Origin: an uncultured Nitrospiraceae bacterium
GTDB taxonomy: Bacteria > Nitrospirota > Thermodesulfovibrionia > Thermodesulfovibrionales > Dissulfurispiraceae
NCBI GenBank assembly: GCA_947085205.1
Contig: CAMTVO010000009.1
Span: 1 to 63,488, forward strand
Length of the DNA stretch: 63,488 bases
Direction: 5' to 3'
The translations under genes and the position numbers were made by a program. A model generated the notes under the pieces. That model did no database searches, was not told the origin of the DNA, and saw only the letters and a program-made list of their open reading frames with translations. Shown piece after piece: positions 61,267-63,488 of the stretch (positions are counted from its first letter, which is position 1; every line of letters starts with the position of its first letter).

Positions 61267-62531
61267 TTCACAATAAGGTCTCGTTCTGGGAGGCATTCAA
61301 ATTCTGGCTGAAGTTGGGCTTTATAGGCTTTGGCGGCCCTGCAGGACAAATATCCCTAATGCACACAGAGCTTGTGGAACGAAAGAAATGGATATCCGAA
61401 AATCGCTTCCTCCACGCACTGAACTATTGCATGATGCTTCCAGGCCCCGAGGCGCAACAGCTTGCCACATATATGGGCTGGCTTCTGCATGGAACAAAGG
61501 GCGGGATTATTGCCGGGACGTTGTTTATAATCCCATCCCTGCTTTTAATGATTATCCTGAGTTGGATATATATTGCTTACGGCGAAGTTAAAGCGATAAG
61601 CGGTATTCTTTACGGGTTTAAGCCGGCAGTAGTAGCTATCGTAGCGTATGCTGTTATACGAATAGGTCAAAAGACTCTTAAAAATCGGCTTGCCGTATTC
61701 CTTGCAGTATTTGCCTTCTGCGCCCTTTATTTCTTTAAGGTTCCGTTTCCATTGATAATAATTTCAGCAGGGTTCATGGGATGGGCAGCTTCCCGCTTTT
61801 TGAAACATGAGGAAATTTCTGCAAAAGAAAGCGTCGTTGTCGAATCCCATACAAAACCATCTCCAAAAAAGATGATTGCCCACCTGTTAATTGGTCTGGC
61901 ATTATGGGCAGCTCCAATTTTAATGCTCACAGCGCTGCACTCATGGCACGGCACATTTACACAGATAGGATGGTTTTTCACTAAGGTAGCGCTGGTTACA
62001 TTCGGCGGCGCTTATGCAGTGCTTCCCTATGTAGCGCAGAATGCAATCGATAACTACAGCTGGCTTAAACCGGGCCAGATGATAGATGGCCTGGCGCTGG
62101 GCGAAACCACGCCGGGTCCCCTTATAAAAATAGTAGCCTTTGTCGGCTTCCTCGGTGCATTGCAGGTAACAGAATTTGGAATGCCTGGAGCTGTTCTCGG
62201 CGCCGTTGTGGCAACATATTTTACATTCCTGCCTTCCTTTCTCTTTATCCTGCTCGGAGCGCCGTTTATTGAGGCGTTACGCGGCATGACATGGTTGTCA
62301 GCAGCCCTGTCCGGCATCACAGCGGCAGTTGTAGGCGTAATATTCAATCTCGGCGTCTTCTTCGGCTCTCATGTCTTCATGCCTAAGTCAGGCGAGATCG
62401 ATTTAATTGCAATCCTGCTGTCTGCAGTATCGTTTATCGGAATGTGGCGGTTGAAATGGAATCTTATTTATGTAATCATAGGCGCCGGTATAATCGGAAT
62501 GTGCTATAAGTTGATAATAATAAATTTATAA
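61263..62531 (+). CDS. chrA: Chromate ion transporter (long-chain CHR family)
   Basis: GFGGPAGQI, LPGPEAQQ, TFGGAYAV, ETTPGP. Confidence 0.92.
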   Translation: MIHNKVSFWEAFKFWLKLGFIGFGGPAGQISLMHTELVERKKWISENRFLHALNYCMMLPGPEAQQLATYMGWLLHGTKGGIIAGTLFIIPSLLLMIILSWIYIAYGEVKAISGILYGFKPAVVAIVAYAVIRIGQKTLKNRLAVFLAVFAFCALYFFKVPFPLIIISAGFMGWAASRFLKHEEISAKESVVVESHTKPSPKKMIAHLLIGLALWAAPILMLTALHSWHGTFTQIGWFFTKVALVTFGGAYAVLPYVAQNAIDNYSWLKPGQMIDGLALGETTPGPLIKIVAFVGFLGALQVTEFGMPGAVLGAVVATYFTFLPSFLFILLGAPFIEALRGMTWLSAALSGITAAVVGVIFNLGVFFGSHVFMPKSGEIDLIAILLSAVSFIGMWRLKWNLIYVIIGAGIIGMCYKLIIINL

Positions 62532-62571
62532 ACAGAACAATGCAAAATCAAAGAAAATCAGGAGAAATAAA

Positions 62572-63303
62572 GTGATACAAGTGGATATATTAATTCCTGC
62601 CCTTATAGCATTTCTTGCCGCATCCCTGACCCTCATGACAGGATTTGGATTGGGCACAATCCTCACCCCAGTCTTTCTCGCATTCTATGACGTAAAGATT
62701 GCCATTTTTATTGTAGCAGTCGTGCATCTCTCAAACAATCTCTTGAAGGTCTCTATTTTTGGAAGGCATATAAGTCTCGACATTTTGAAGAGATTCGGCA
62801 TCTTAACTCTAATAGGAGCCTTCATCGGAGCATTTTTGCAGGGCAAGATGGATTCCTCTGTAGTGAAGGTTCTGCTCGGATTATCATTGATATTTTTAGG
62901 TCTAAAGGAGGCTATGGGGTTTGGAGAAAAACTGAGAATTCCAAAGAAAATAGATGTCATCGGTGGATTTCTATCAGGTCTTCTTGGAGGGTTTGTCGGG
63001 AATCAGGGCGCAGTAAGAAGCGCCTATCTGCTCAATTATAATATCCCAAAGGAGACCTTTATAGCCACAGCAGCCATAATCGCATCTGTTGTGGATGTGA
63101 CGAGGATTCCTGTTTATATATTCAATCAGAGAGATGTACTTTCTGATAATTTACTTCTTCTGTCTGTCACCACTGCATCGGCATTTGCAGGGACCTTTGC
63201 AGGCAGGAAATTCTTAAAAAAAATCTCGCTGAAGGCATTCAAGACATATGTCGCTGCTATGGTAGCAATCATCGGGGTGCTTTTGGCATTTAAAATAATC
63301 TAA
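62572..63303 (+). CDS. TSUP/TauE-SafE family permease
   Basis: GFGLG motif, GGFLSGLLGG, multiple TMs. Confidence 0.8.
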   Translation: MIQVDILIPALIAFLAASLTLMTGFGLGTILTPVFLAFYDVKIAIFIVAVVHLSNNLLKVSIFGRHISLDILKRFGILTLIGAFIGAFLQGKMDSSVVKVLLGLSLIFLGLKEAMGFGEKLRIPKKIDVIGGFLSGLLGGFVGNQGAVRSAYLLNYNIPKETFIATAAIIASVVDVTRIPVYIFNQRDVLSDNLLLLSVTTASAFAGTFAGRKFLKKISLKAFKTYVAAMVAIIGVLLAFKII

Positions 63304-63337
63304 AAAAAGCCATGGAGAAAAATATGTGTAAAAGGTG

Positions 63338-63488
63338 TCAGGTCTTGACAATTGACTCAACCTTTCTCACCAGTCTGGCTAATTCATTATTACTTGCCAA
63401 TTCCTCTTTAAATCTTGCAGATACTTTGCTGACGGCACTACAATGAATCCTCCCAAATAGACTACCCGTTTCTTCATTTCTCACATCA
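63338..63488 (-). CDS. 3' end of a probable REP-associated (RAYT/IS200-like) transposase; truncated by the window edge
   Basis: ...GSLFGRIHCSAVSK...VKT* HTH-like tail ending in GTCAAGACCTGACACC. Confidence 0.4.
   Translation of the reverse strand, partial: DVRNEETGSLFGRIHCSAVSKVSARFKEELASNNELARLVRKVESIVKT

Overview
Bacterial chromosome segment. The gene content (MetF/MetV/FolD/CooC, PilA/PilS/PilR, CoA-activase fusion) suggests an anaerobe such as Nitrospirota or a deltaproteobacterial relative; this is inference only. There are three zones. (1) 1-8.4 kb is a defence-type island: a Type IIG-like restriction-modification gene broken by one in-frame TAG, a 1115-aa uncharacterised protein, a toxin-antitoxin-like pair and an S24 repressor fragment. 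(2) 8538-26492 is a ~17.9-kb integrative mobilizable element in tRNA-Ala(GGC). It duplicates the 5' half of the tRNA and appears to supply a replacement promoter from the end of its integrase gene. It encodes a tyrosine integrase, Xis, a Rep with an internal origin-like structure, a MOBF relaxase, an F-like nic site and a coupling protein, but no mating-pair genes. It also carries two paralogous sigma-like proteins, a promoter-like motif (AAAAA..GCATATAT) found five times, a triplicated leader, an array of five covarying palindromes and an operon of uncharacterised exported proteins. (3) 26.6-63.5 kb is mostly housekeeping: atpBE, purDH, radC, vapBC, metG, holB, tmk, type IV pilus genes, folate/C1 genes, argDF, rpiB-glyA-nrdR, two tRNAs, gdh and padR-chrA. 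This zone is sprinkled with REP-like and heptamer repeats. All family calls are from motif recognition by eye, not database searches.
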